This document shows, piece after piece, positions 24,383 to 36,862 of a stretch of 64,000 nt of DNA. Location: the NCBI GenBank assembly GCA_013265495.1, contig MU057487.1, positions 248,001 to 312,000 of the forward strand. The letters are read 5' to 3'. The DNA is from Vicugna vicugna. Taxonomy: Eukaryota. Position 1 is the stretch's first letter; each line of letters begins with the position of its first letter. The translations under genes were made by a program, and so were the position numbers. Below the pieces are notes generated by a model that was not told the origin of the DNA, did not search any database, and saw only the letters and a list, made by a program, of their open reading frames with translations.

Positions 24383-27300
24383 ATGGCGCTTATATTTACA
24401 TAGCAGTTTAGAGTTTAAAAAATATGTTTACTTTATTTTTAGGAGGCTGTAATACATATGGAAATGGCTCAGGAGCCCTCCTGATGAAATTATTGTCAGC
24501 TAGATTAGTATGAGATTCGCCAGGGAAAGTAGAGTCTTAAAGGACAGGGAAAGAAGGTATATGCTTATGATAAGTAGTGACCGTGCAAAATCCATTACAT
24601 TCAGGTGCTTCTGTAAGAGTGGCCAGTTGAGTTAATGATTTATGGGCTGGGGCTATGTAACATAGAAAGAATTGTTCCAGAGATGAGATAGAGAAGCCAT
24701 TTAAAAATGAGCATTGCTTAAGTAGCAATTTCATCTGTATCTGTTTCTTTTCAAACATTTTAATCAGAGAATATTGTGTTTGTTTGGTTAAGATGCCAGT
24801 TAAGAAACAGAAAAGTCAGTTTACTTTTCAAGTTATGCCCAGATTTGTGTAGTTTATGTATTGAGAATACAACAGGGAAAATACCACGTAAGCAATGAGA
24901 ACAGAGATACCGAAAGACTAGGGCCCTTCTTTTGGAATGTGCACTGTAAGTCTGTGATCCACAGCTCACTGACTCCTTAGTGGTAACAGAAGAAAATCCC
25001 AAACCAAGTTTGATTTTGAAATATTAGCAAATTTAGCCTGAGAATAGTAGCATCAGGAATATCTGTCTTACATAACTTGTGAGAAACAAAGCTGCTTGAA
25101 CCTGCATAAACAAACAAATATTTTATTTCTTCCTGAAAAATCAAATCTCCTACCAGAGAATAACCATTTACTTTTAGCTGTAGTAACTAGACTAGACTAT
25201 GAAGCAACTAAAGGACCAGGAATAGCTCCCTTGGGCAGAAAGAGAAGGAGTAAATTCTCTGTATTTGTACATTCTACCTATGGTTATCTATCACATTTAA
25301 TCAGTTTAATAAAATTAAATAAACATGATTTTGTAACTGAAATGTGTTGTGAAAAGAAGATTAAATATAAAATAGTTAGATTTCAGGATATAAGAATATG
25401 CTACTCTGTCTCTAAATCTGGAATTAAAAGATGCATAGTTTTCTAGAAAGATGTTAGTTAATATTTAGATAAATAGAATATGGGCAATAACATGAACTGA
25501 AAATATATCATTAATATAATGAAATTACAACTCTATTGTTCTCTTCACATTTAACTTTTAGAAAGCTTTTTCTTGCAAAAATATACATGATATAAAACTG
25601 TTCTTGTAAGCTATTTTAAAAGACTTTATTGAAATTACCTGTTCAGCAAATAATAGAAATTAAAGCCACGTAGCAATTTCTCCCAAGTTTAAGCATCTAT
25701 ATCTCTGCCAAGACAGATGTTCAAATTATGAGATTCTTTCAGTGTGATATGTTTCTTTAAGTCTGAAGGTTAGTCTGATTTTTCCATTTGTGACACTCCT
25801 TAGAACTTTATTTCATTTTTTATTGACTCTCTAGCTCCAACTCTGGAACTAGATGCTCATTAATTTGATGTGAATTGTTCAGTTTTTTTAAAGAAAAATT
25901 GTTCTTTATTCCTAATCCCTTGAAATCACAGCTATTGAAGATAATGAGACCAATGAGTAATTATTCCAGAAAGCAATATTTAGCCTCTCATACTGGTAGA
26001 GAGATTGTCATCAAGATAGAGTGTATTTGCATGTCCTAATATCTGGGAGGAAATTATCTGGAGGTAAATAGAACTTTTTAATGAAAAATGCATAGTCATT
26101 AATAATCTAGCTGTGCATTTTTAAAGCATTAATTTTATCAGGTAGGAAGGATTTTATATGTAATTAAAAGAATTCCTGATGGATTGCAGCTTAAATAATA
26201 AAGAAATCTGGAAGAAGGTGATTACAGATTGGATATAGCAGCTCACAGATAACATTTCACTTTGTTAGCATCTCTGTGCTTTCAGTGACCTTCCAGTCAT
26301 AGTCTCAAGTTGGCTGCAGTAGCTGCAGGCACCAAACCCACACAACCAGTATCCTTGGTAGAAGGGAGCAGGGACATAAAAATTTCTTCTTGCAAGGTCT
26401 GTATTTTTATATGGGAACAAAAATTTTCCCCAAAGCTTCCTAGCAGACTTTCTCTTATGTCTCATTGAGGACTATTTTTCTCCCATGGCCACCTCTAGCT
26501 CCAAGGAGTATGGGGGAAATATCTAATGAAGAAAATGGGATTTCAGTGACTAGTTTTTATTAATTATGAGTAATTTTCTAGGGCTAGCAAAGACTTACCT
26601 TCTCTGAGATAAAGGAATCTTAGCCCTTTACCTGAATACACCTAAGATTCTGTTAGGGAAGACTTGACAAGATGCAGAATCAGATTTTTCATGCTATTCT
26701 GGAATCATAGCTAACACCCAAAGCTGTCAATAAAAACAAAAAGTATTACACCTATTACAGTCTATACCTACCAGCATTTGGGGCTGACCATCATCCTTTA
26801 GGACTTGCTGAGATATACCAGTTCCAAGAAGAAGCCCTGATGCACCCACCTGTCCTGTCATCTGTAGGCATTAAAAAGGGAAGTCATTTTAAGTGGGATT
26901 TGGAAGAATGTAGTGTTTGTGAAGAAAGGCTGTTCCCTCCTCTCCCTCTCCTCAAGAAGATTGTGAGGTCTGCAGGAAGGGAACTGACATTTAGTTTCCT
27001 CATATCCAGGCACACCTGCCTCTGAATTCCCAAATCATTTGGTTGCATAGACATAAGTGACCAAGTGACCTAATTAAAACTACTTGTCACATTATCTACT
27101 TTTTCTCTGCTCTCTTAGCATAGATGCTTATCATGTAGCATGGTTCTGTTGACTCCTGTGCCTGAAGATTCTGAATAGTTATGTGAGGCATAGTTGTTGG
27201 AGGTAAATAGTGATATATTTTGGTGCTAGTTGATATTTCAGCTGCAGACCCAATAATATCCAGATTATCTCTTCTCCCCTCTCCCCTTGGGTTTCTGTGC

Positions 27301-28234
27301 AAGCTACATATCTAAGGCATAATAGCAGAATAGTCATCCAAGAACCATATCATCAGTGATCATGCATGCTTCCAACAATCCCATGGTAAAGTAGAATTGA
27401 GAAATACATTTTAGACTCATGTCCTAAGCAGTGACCCTATTTTATCTGGTCCGACTTCCCAACTGATTTAGGTATGCTCAATAATGGAGAAATCTGCACA
27501 GTGAAGAGGCCAAGAGAAATGAGAGATGTGGGAAAAGCAAATATCCCAGTCCCAAATCTCAACCTCTAGAGTGATAATTGTAGCTTGGGTTAGAATGAGG
27601 GTATAAGAAGGTCTTTGAATCAGATATGGAATTAAACATTTTAAATGAACAAGACTAAATCTAAAAAAACTGAATTCAGACTGTTCTTATAACTAAAATG
27701 GCTAATAAATTATAAAATCTAGATACGATAGTGAGATAATAGTTCCTCAGGAGAAAAAGGAAGTACAATGGGAGAGAGTTGGTATAGGTTTTTGGAAAAC
27801 AAAAGCAAAAACAACTATTTCATCTTTAAAACTCAGTGACCTCCCCAATAAACTAAGCTCATAGATATGTTCTTGTGTTTGTATGTCAAGTACATGGGTA
27901 TGGTCATATCTGTGCTTTAATATGCTTGTGTGTGTTTATATAAGCATAGAATTATGTGCAAGTTAATTTATTATTAACTATGAGCTTAAAACAGAAAATA
28001 GAAAACTTTAACATAAATTTAAGTTAATATAAAGGACAGCAAATATTTGAACCAAATGAAGGTCAATGTTAAAAGCCAGGAGTCAAGGAATATAACTGTG
28101 TGGAGAATTGATGCAGTTAATAGGATATCAGCTTTATACAAATACACTCCAGGAATTCTACTCATGGAGTGAGTATTATTCTTACAGAGTATATATTTTC
28201 CTTATTTACTTGCTATCAGTCAACCACAGATTTA

Positions 28235-28398
28235 CTTCTTTTTTTTATTAGTGAAGTTTATTTATTTTTTAGTGGGAGGAGGTAATTAGGTTTATATAGT
28301 ATTTATTTATTTATTTTTAGAGGGGGACTAGGGATTGAACCCAGGACCTCTTGCATGCTAAGCATGCGCTCTACCACTTGAGCTGTACTCTCCCCCGC
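28235..28398 (-). mobile_element. tRNA-derived SINE (camelid Vic-1-like) with 14-bp TSD
   Basis: Reverse complement has A box (agctcaagtggtagagc) and B box (gggttcaatccc), then an A-rich tail. CAACCACAGATTTA at 28221-28234 and 28399-28412. Confidence 0.9.
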
Positions 28399-30339
28399 CA
28401 ACCACAGATTTAACTTATGAGTTTTCTAGAAGCCAATGCAAAGCAGAAACATATTTTAATATGTGATTCAAGGCAAAATAATATAGAATAGAAGTTAAGT
28501 AGATGCTTAACAATGTGGTCATCACTAACAGTAAGACCAGAAAGAGAAGTCACATGACTGTCTCAAAAGAGCTCTGTGAACTAAGACAACAATGTCCTCA
28601 GTATCGGCCTTGCTGAAGAGTCAATGATGAGTTTGCTATGGTTCTATAAAAAATGAAAATTTAGATGAAATAGAATAAAAATAATCATTTCGATTACAAA
28701 AAATAGGTGTATCACTTAAGACAAACAAGTAAATTGACATTTCCATTGCAGTTTCTTTTCTTGAAAGGGAATAATGTGTGCTGTTAGTATAATATTTAGT
28801 CTGATTTGGAAAGGACTGAAGCTCGACTGACTTTTATTCAGAGTGAAATACTCACTTGTTTGTTATTTCTAGTCCTTTAAGCTCAACATAGAAATGAAAA
28901 CACATTGACAGTCATTGATCACTGCAAGAAAGTTTGGTGTGTGTGTGTGTGTGTGTTTTGACCTTTAATAAATATTTGTTGAGTGAATGAAAGGAAGGAT
29001 GCGTATATTGCTTTTGCTCATTCAATGGACTGACTCCTGAACTTTCTGGTATTATGCCTTATTACATCTGAGACAAAATTTAAGCACTTCCCATTAAAAT
29101 AGAGACACTGAGCAGTATTATTAGAATGCTTTATAACATGACTTATAAAATGACATGACTTTTAATAACTTGGATACAGGATGGATATTTGAGTGCACAG
29201 CAACTCTTTTATTTTCAAGCTTCAAAGTGAAATCAATAATTACAATAAAGACCTGACCCAAAATTAAGATCTGAAAATACTTAGTAACCAGTCATTAAGA
29301 ACAACATATGTCCAGAAGCTATTTTCTTTAGCTGGCTGTTTCTATGTTGAAATCTGTAATTGGCAAAAACAAAGTAGAACAAAATTACAGACACAAGGGA
29401 AAATAGTAAGCCAACTGCACCTCCTTTATACCTTAGAGATTTTCACCCTCTTTTTGTTATATACCCTGGAGCAGGCTACCGGGACTAAGTAAAATTTCTG
29501 ATTTGGAAATCCTAAAAAACAGGATAAACAGACAAAAACAGGTCTTATATATTTTTTACTTATATCTTTTATCTTTTTACTAGTCATGTTCATTTTCTCC
29601 TTTAAAAGCAAGCTCAAAATTTACTTCCTTAATCAAATAGTCTCTGACTCTTTGACCATGATCCACTGCTGGATGTCATCTTATGGATTTAATCAAATAG
29701 TATTTGTCATTTGTGGTGATAAATAATCACATTCTTTGTCTACCTTTCTTGCATTTTAAAATTTGGAATCTTTACTTATTTTTGAATAGAAATCCCCAAA
29801 GTAATGAAAAGGAAATGTGTCACTTAGGTGATTTGGATTTCTAGTATTATCAATCAATTAACACTAAAATGATTTAATTTTGCAAAGTATGGTCCTTAGG
29901 GTTGTTTAGAGCAGTGGATCCTGAGTTGGAGTACTGAGAGCACCAGACGTTCCTTAGAGATCACTTCATGGTCTACCAGAAAATGGAATTTTTTTTTTAA
30001 AAAGTCTAATGGAAGTTTTGTTTATCTAAGGTAAGACCACTTAGGCTAAATAAACCATTAGATTTACTTGGTTTTGCCTAAATTATATCAATTCAACAGC
30101 ATAATTTTGCATTACTGTAAATGAAACATTTCAATTCTTTGCATCCATTTTGGGAGTATAGAAGGATTGGTTACCATTTGGTTAGACCCTCTTCAGGTCT
30201 TTGTTAAAGGCAGCATATACTCTACAGCTTAGACATTCCATATATGATTGTTTATATTTAAAAAGATACTTCAACCGAATCATTACTTTCTATAAAATGT
30301 AACTATAAGAATAACAACATAATTTTAAACTGTTTTCTC

Positions 30340-30605
30340 TAGTAGTAGTAGCAATCACATATTGAGTGTCTTCTTCATGAGAGGCAGTCTTAGGCACTGT
30401 TCATTCACATCTCATTAATCTTCAAAATGATTCCATGCTGTTATTATTTGTATATTAATATTAAAGAAATGAAGGCTGAGAAAGATTAAGTAACTTTCTC
30501 AAGTTCACCTAGTTACCTAGTAAATAAGCAGAAAATCCAGGATCCAAAAACAGATCTGCCTAAATCCAGAATGCATACTCATTCATCTGTTCTACATTGC
30601 CTTTC
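30340..30605. mobile_element. MIR SINE
   Basis: atctcattaatcttcaaaa...aagaaatgaaggctgagaaagattaagtaactttctcaagttcac...gtaaataagcagaa, a MIR core. Confidence 0.65.
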
Positions 30606-31199
30606 CATGAAAAATGAATGGAGATACAAACAACAAACAAAAAAGATTGAGAAGAAATATAACATGCAGGCAGCAGTGTAATCCCCTATTAGCTTTAAAG
30701 TCTATGCTTCTCTAATGGCTAGTTAATTAAATATTGCTTTTCTATCAAGGACCTTGATTTAAATTCTGTTTCTGTCCTCTCTGCCTTTTAAAAACGTTTC
30801 TTTATCTCTGCCTTTTCCTGGATTTAGAGTTCTTTTGTTTATGAGAGATTATTTTAGCCTCATGCTTTTTTCTAATTAGTGATTAATTATGCCTAGGCCC
30901 TGTATATGACAGCCTGGGTCTCAGTGCTGTTTACAAATTGCTTTTGTTCTTTTCCAAGCGAAAACTGAAACAATACATTGGAAAAGTATATATCTGATAT
31001 TCTTATTGAAATAAGCTTTTACCCCAGTAATTATATCGTCCAATAAGTTCATAGTTACTTATGGCAGTATCTGTTTACTACCAAAACTATGACAATGTTA
31101 TCACATTAAGTTTGCTTCTTTTTCTCTTACTGAGTCACTATTTGTAAGACAAGAGGCTCTATTTTAAAATGAAAGTTTTCAGCCCATTTTGAGTTCAAC

Positions 31200-32530
31200 T
31201 GTTCTTAATATTTCACAGTCTGCTTTCTTCTGCCTTATTTTAGATTGATACTAAATTTTTTTTTATTCCACTTTACTTTGGCATGTTAGTTACTCCACTT
31301 TTAAAAATTTGAAATGGTCGTTCTAAGATTTATAATCTGCATCTTTACCTTATCACAATCTACCTTCAAATAATATTGCAGCACTTCATGTGGAATGTAA
31401 GAAACTTACAAGAACATGCAATAATATAGTAAGTCCAATGTCTGTGCTTCTCAGGGATAGTTTGGTTAATTCTTTCTGTGATTAAACCATACTTCATTTT
31501 TTGCATACTTTGATATTTTTGTTGCAAACTGGACATTTGAAGTATTATAATGTGGTACCTCTGGAACTCAATATTCTTCCCTGCCTCAGGATTGGCATTT
31601 GTAATTTGCTGTGGATGTAGTTGTTTGTTTAATTACTTTTCTAAATTATTTTTGTAACTTCTGTACTCTGTTAGAGTGGTCTCTGAGATGTTCAGCTAGC
31701 ATTCAGGTAATGTTTTGATAGAGTTTGCCTTTAATGTCAGAACCAAGAGAAAAGAAAAAGAAAAAGAAAGGAAGAAAGCCTTCTGGTTTTCACAGATTTG
31801 CTCTGTCTTTGTTGGTGGCACTCCTTCCACTCAGCCAGGCTGTTTATAACTCTGTCTTAGCCTTCACTTCCTGCTTGTGCTAAGCATAGAGATCATTCAG
31901 AGGCGAAAGCATACAGTCTTCTCAGATTTTTTTCTAAGCCTGCATCCTGCCCTGATCATGTGGCTTTGTATATATTCCTGTTTAAATGGTGCTTTTCAAT
32001 ACTCTAATTTTCCAAAGAACTACCCCTGCTTTTCTTCCCAGGCAGTAGGTTATTTATTTGCCTTACAATGTTTTCAAAGAATTCTTTCTGCATAGCAACT
32101 TTTCTACCTAAGAGAATTCTGAGTTAGGTGAAACAAAGGTGAGTACCTTGAATTCCCCCTTCAGGGAGCCCTCAGAAAGGTCAAAATGGACAAACACAAT
32201 TCTTTGAGAACAAGATCTTCTCTGCTCTTTCACAAACCAGGAACCAGTGTCCCACAGTGGGAATGTAAACTTCTATCTTCAGTATCATTCCAAGCTGGGG
32301 GGTGGGGTGGGGGCAGATGGGGAAAGGGCAAGTGTAAGTACCATAAGACTTTCCTACCACTTAAAGTTTCCTTTCTTCTCTTGTTTCAGTATTCATTTGA
32401 TTGCTATAAATCTTTGATTGTTCTTCAGACAAGATTGATTTTGACAGTTTTTTACAATACTTTTTGGTGTTTCTGTGGAGGGATGATCACTTGGAGTTAA
32501 ATATTCCACCATTTTTTTCTGGCATCACCT
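31200..32530 (-). mobile_element. Old L1M fragments
   Basis: T-rich degenerate L1 sequence (acaatctaccttcaaataatattgcagcacttcatgtggaatgtaagaa; ttttttgttgcaaactggacattt); boundaries approximate. Confidence 0.5.
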
Positions 32531-32554
32531 CTACAAATGGTTTTATTATTTAAA

Positions 32555-32793
32555 ATGTTTTTTAAAATCAAAAGAATACTATTTAATAGCTTGTGAAATT
32601 TATGTGAAATTAAATTTCAGTGTGCACAAATATTTATTAGAATACCTCCACACTCATTCATTTGCTTATGGTCAGTGTCTCCTTTCACACTACAGTGGCA
32701 CAGTTGAGTAGTTGTGGTAGAGATAACATATTATTCAGCCTGCAATATTTACAACCTAGTCCTTTACAGAAAAGCTAGTTTACTAACCCCTGT
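32555..32793. mobile_element. MER58-like hAT-Charlie element
   Basis: cacactcattcattt...ctttcacactacagtggcacagttgagtagttgtg...cctttacagaaaa...tttactaacccctg. Confidence 0.7.
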
Positions 32794-34650
32794 TTTAAAA
32801 TCTCTCAGCTTCCAGGCTTCTCTCTATCTCTTCCAGTCTCCAAATTGTTGTTATAGAAATCTCATCCAAAATTGTTTTAATTTGTTTGAAATCTTCTAAC
32901 TTTGGCTTATATGGTACTTCTCAATCAGACCTCATATCCAACATTGCTTGGAGTCAGTTTGTTAATATTCTACATTTGATTCTGGCACTTAAAAGCTCAG
33001 TCAGTTACCACTTTGGTCCTCAGCTTGCTCATCAGTGTAATATGAAAGTAGGACTAAAGCTTTTCCCCACTCTCAAAATTTAAGGTGTATTGTTTCTTTT
33101 GGTAATTTCTTTCATGTCATTCTGTTTTTGTGATTAAATCTGGAGAATAATATCTTTTAGATTCTTAAAGAAAATTACTACACCATTAACACTGATGATG
33201 TTTAAAAGGACTTTAAAGATTTACATCCTTTCTTTTATTTCTGGATCAAAACTGGAAATAATCTTACAGGGATGTGTGAAAGAATTTCCATTGATACTTC
33301 CATGGTATGCACATTTTTAGCTTTAAGAGATGAATTTTTAATGTTTTAATAATGAATCTATCTTAGGAACTAAATTTTCTCCAGAAAATATTTTGTAATA
33401 GTAGTTACTGATCATTTAAGGTGTACATATTGACATTTTAAAAATAGATAAATATAAAATAAATGAACTTTATTATAGAAAAGATGAACTCAACTCTAAT
33501 ATGCATAACCGATGTATTGTTTGTAGTCAGCTCTAAAATTAGTTTTCTTTTTGTATAATAGCTCAAACTGTACTTTCCCCCCACATTGTCTGTCTTCAGT
33601 ATTTCTGTTGTGGTGAAATGCTAATATATCAGTCAAATAATGATAATATCCACTGTGTCTCCACATGTTAGGAAATCCAAGTTTAAAGTCAACAAAACAT
33701 ATTGTTTGCACATTATTTGCATCAATGGAGATGCACCTTTATATAGGCTCTTCTTCAAAGTGCTATTAAAACTTTGACTCATCAAATCACTTACAAGGTA
33801 ATTATCCCCACAGAGAGATAAGAAATAGAATCGTCATTATAGTTACAGAGTCAAGGCTAAAAGTGAAGTCACTAGCTGAACTGGAGTCAGAAGTTGAGAA
33901 CACAGCTTCACAGTGAAGCTGAGTATTGTTTTGAAGAAGAATCAGGGATCCCTATGAGAGCTCCTTAATTTGGGAAGCACTTAAAAGCACTTCATCTGCT
34001 TAAGCCAGAAGGAAACCTAGAAATCCCTTGTATTCCAGATTTAGATCTTTTCTCCTGTGTTCTCAAAATTACCTCTTCCACTATTTTTCAATATAGCACA
34101 TTTTCACTGAGACTCTCTTACGTGCCTGGAACTGTACCATAGGTTACAAGAATCTGACCTGATTCTTAAATTCAAGAATCATGTAGTCTTCCCTCTTGAT
34201 CATGTAAGACATGTACAATAAAGATATTTCTTGGTGTAAATATAAGTGACAGTTCATAAGAGATCAGAAAAGGCAGCAATTAATACAGATCAATGTTTTC
34301 TGAAGGCCTCCAAAAAGGAGACCAGAGCTGGGTCTTCTGGGATGGATGAGATTGGCATGGCAGGGAAAAGACAGACCTGAGATAAAGGGATAATAGTAAG
34401 AGTAACATTCATAAGGATAGTGGAAAGATGCATTGACGAGTGAATATTAACTGCGGGGTGTGAGTCAGGCTGGAGATAACTGCTTCCTAGAAATATGTTG
34501 TTGTGTCCTTTAAAGTCTCATGGAAGATTGAACTCTTTATAATTTAAAGAACCTTATGATTCTTTGAAGAAGAAAATACCTTTATGAAATCCAGCTCCCA
34601 GATGTATAACATGTTGGGAACAAATTGTTAGGACTAAATAAGATTCACAA

Positions 34651-34784
34651 GGGGGGCAGGTAGATAGCTCAAGTGGTAGAGTGCGTGCTTAGCATGCATG
34701 AGATCCTGGGTTCAATCCCCAGTACCTCTTCTAAGAATAAATAAATAAGTAAATCTAATTACCCCCCCACCCTAAATAAATAAA
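34651..34784 (+). mobile_element. tRNA-derived SINE (camelid Vic-1-like) with TSD
   Basis: ggggggcaggtagatagctcaagtggtagagtgcgtgcttagcatgcatgagatcctgggttcaatccccagtacctc plus (TAAA)n tail. TAAATAAGATT[C/T]ACAAG starts at 34635 and 34785. Confidence 0.9.
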
Positions 34785-35329
34785 TAAATAAGATTTACAA
34801 GTGTGCTATATACATCACAGCTCTCCCTACACAGGTACTGAGATATCTCATATTGAATTGTGACTGGTAACTTCATTTTTGAAGTTACAATGTATTTCAC
34901 TTCATTTAATCTCACTCTACTATGGTGTTTAAATTATTTATTTACTTAATGAATTACCATATTTACATATGTAACTATACTGACATCTATATTTTCTTAT
35001 TTCTTTGTGGAAATATTAATAATTGATAGATTAATCTATTGATTAGTTAATAAATTAATTTCCTGTACACTGACCTACCATAATCTTCAAAAGATAATTG
35101 AAGACATTCTTAATTGTTGCAGGACCTGGTTTGGGAATCAAGGCCTAGAAAATTTCTATATCCCCTTTAATGTCCTTGTTACATTTGCTTGTATTGTTTC
35201 CTGCTGGAAGAGAACAATTTTCATCTAAACTATGAATTTTTTCAGGAACATGAGAAGAGTTAATTTTATTCAGAGTAATTGTCAGGGAAGAATGTAGGGG
35301 TAACTCTTATAGATTTTCTTTAAGAAAAT

Positions 35330-35960
35330 CAGTAGAGCCACTATGGAAAACAGTATGGAAATTGCTCTAAGAATAAAACTAAAATCCAGTTATTTCACTT
35401 CTGGGAATTACGTGAAGAATACAAAAACAACACAAATTTGGAAAGAAATACGCACCCCAATGTTCATAGCATTATTTATAATAGCCAAGATACGGAAACC
35501 TAAGTGTCCATAGATGGATGAATGGATAAAGAAGATGTAGATATACACACATGGAACACTATTCAGCCATAACAGAAAATGAAATCTTGCCATTTGATAC
35601 AACATGGGTGGTTCTTGGGAGTATTATGTTAAGTGAAATAAATCAGAATATGAAAGACAAGAACCATATGATTTCACTTATATGGTGAATCAAAAACAAA
35701 CAAAAAACCCCAAACACAAAAAAATGAACAAACATAGTAAACCAAAAACAAACATAGACATAGAGAACAGGTTGGTAGTTACCAGAGGAGAAGGAGGTTG
35801 AGGGTAGGTGAAAAGGGTGAAGGGGGTCAAGTGTATGTATGGTGATGGATGGTAACTAGGCTTTTGATGATGATCACTTTGTAATGAAAACAGATGTCAA
35901 ACCATGATGTTGTACACCTCAAACATATTCTATACCAATTTTCCCTCAATAAAAAATGAA
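35330..35960 (+). mobile_element. L1 3' end (ORF2 C-terminus and 3'UTR)
   Basis: gccactatggaaaacagtatgga, gcaccccaatgttcatagcattatttataatagccaaga, ending ctcaataaaaaa. Confidence 0.85.
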
Positions 35961-36264
35961 AGATCACTTTTGAATTTGACCTAATCCTAATCAATATTTA
36001 AAATGTGAATATTCTATGACATTTGAGGTCTGCTAGAGTTGAACTAGCAGAAGTAAAGTTTTGTCAGAGAGCATAAGCCTTGTTTCCTTATGTTAACTAA
36101 TTCTTTCTAAAGATGAATTATGCTTGTTCGTTGTTCCAGTCACAGCTATATGTACTGCATTTGACTGCCTCCATTTACCAGGAGAGAAAGGAAGTTGGGC
36201 TTTACCTTGTAATCCTAGGGCCACAGAAAATACTGGCATTATTTAAAGGCATTAATTAATCTAC

Positions 36265-36315
36265 AAGAGGCATAAACTGGGTCTGTCCAGGGCAAACCAG
36301 ACATGTGGTCACCTT
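36265..36315 (-). mobile_element. hAT-Blackjack (MER94/MER81-like) terminal fragment
   Basis: Reverse complement ggtgaccacatgtctggtttgccctggacagacccagttta resembles the Blackjack terminus. Confidence 0.45.
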
Positions 36316-36473
36316 CTGCCGAGAGTGCAAGCCTTCCAAATTCTTATCTTCTTACTGCTGTGAATATGATTTACATTGGTCCAGACTTGACCCTGACCCT
36401 CCCAATCTTCTCTAATACACATTTTAGAACTCTGAATCTGTGATCAACAAGGTTCCTCCATCCTCAATTTCTT

Positions 36474-36604
36474 TTTAAAAAATTTTTTTGGGGTAATTAG
36501 GATTATTTATTTATTTTTTTGATGGAAGTACTGGCGATTGAACCTGGGATCTTGTGCATGCTAAGCACTTGCTCTACCATTGAGCTATACCCTCCCCACC
36601 CCAA
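36474..36604 (-). mobile_element. tRNA-derived SINE (camelid Vic-1-like) with 12-bp TSD
   Basis: Same body as the other SINE copies; CCTCAATTTCTT at 36462-36473 and 36605-36616. Confidence 0.88.
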
Positions 36605-36639
36605 CCTCAATTTCTTGAAAATATCATAAATATATCAGA

Positions 36640-36862
36640 TAAAAGCATGAATTAAGGAGCCAGAGACCCTTGACTTAAGTACTAGCTGTGACACTTATTA
36701 ACTGTATGACCAGGGAAAATTATTTAATCTCTCTATGCCTCTGTGTCCTTATCTATAAAATGAGGACAATAATGATGATATTAGCTTCATAGGATTATTA
36801 TGAGCAGTAAATGGATTAATACACATAAATGCTTAGAATTTTTAGAATAGTGCCTGGCATTC
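36640..36862. mobile_element. MIR SINE
   Basis: actgtatgaccagggaaaattatttaatctctctatgcctctgtgtccttatctataaaatgagga...tagaatagtgcctggca. Confidence 0.75.

Noticed and set aside
32297..32328. G4-like G-run cluster
   Set aside because: Lies inside an old L1 fragment with no regulatory context.
34655..34730. tRNA-like sequence
   Set aside because: It has an A-rich tail, a TSD and diverged sibling copies, so it is a SINE head, not a tRNA gene.
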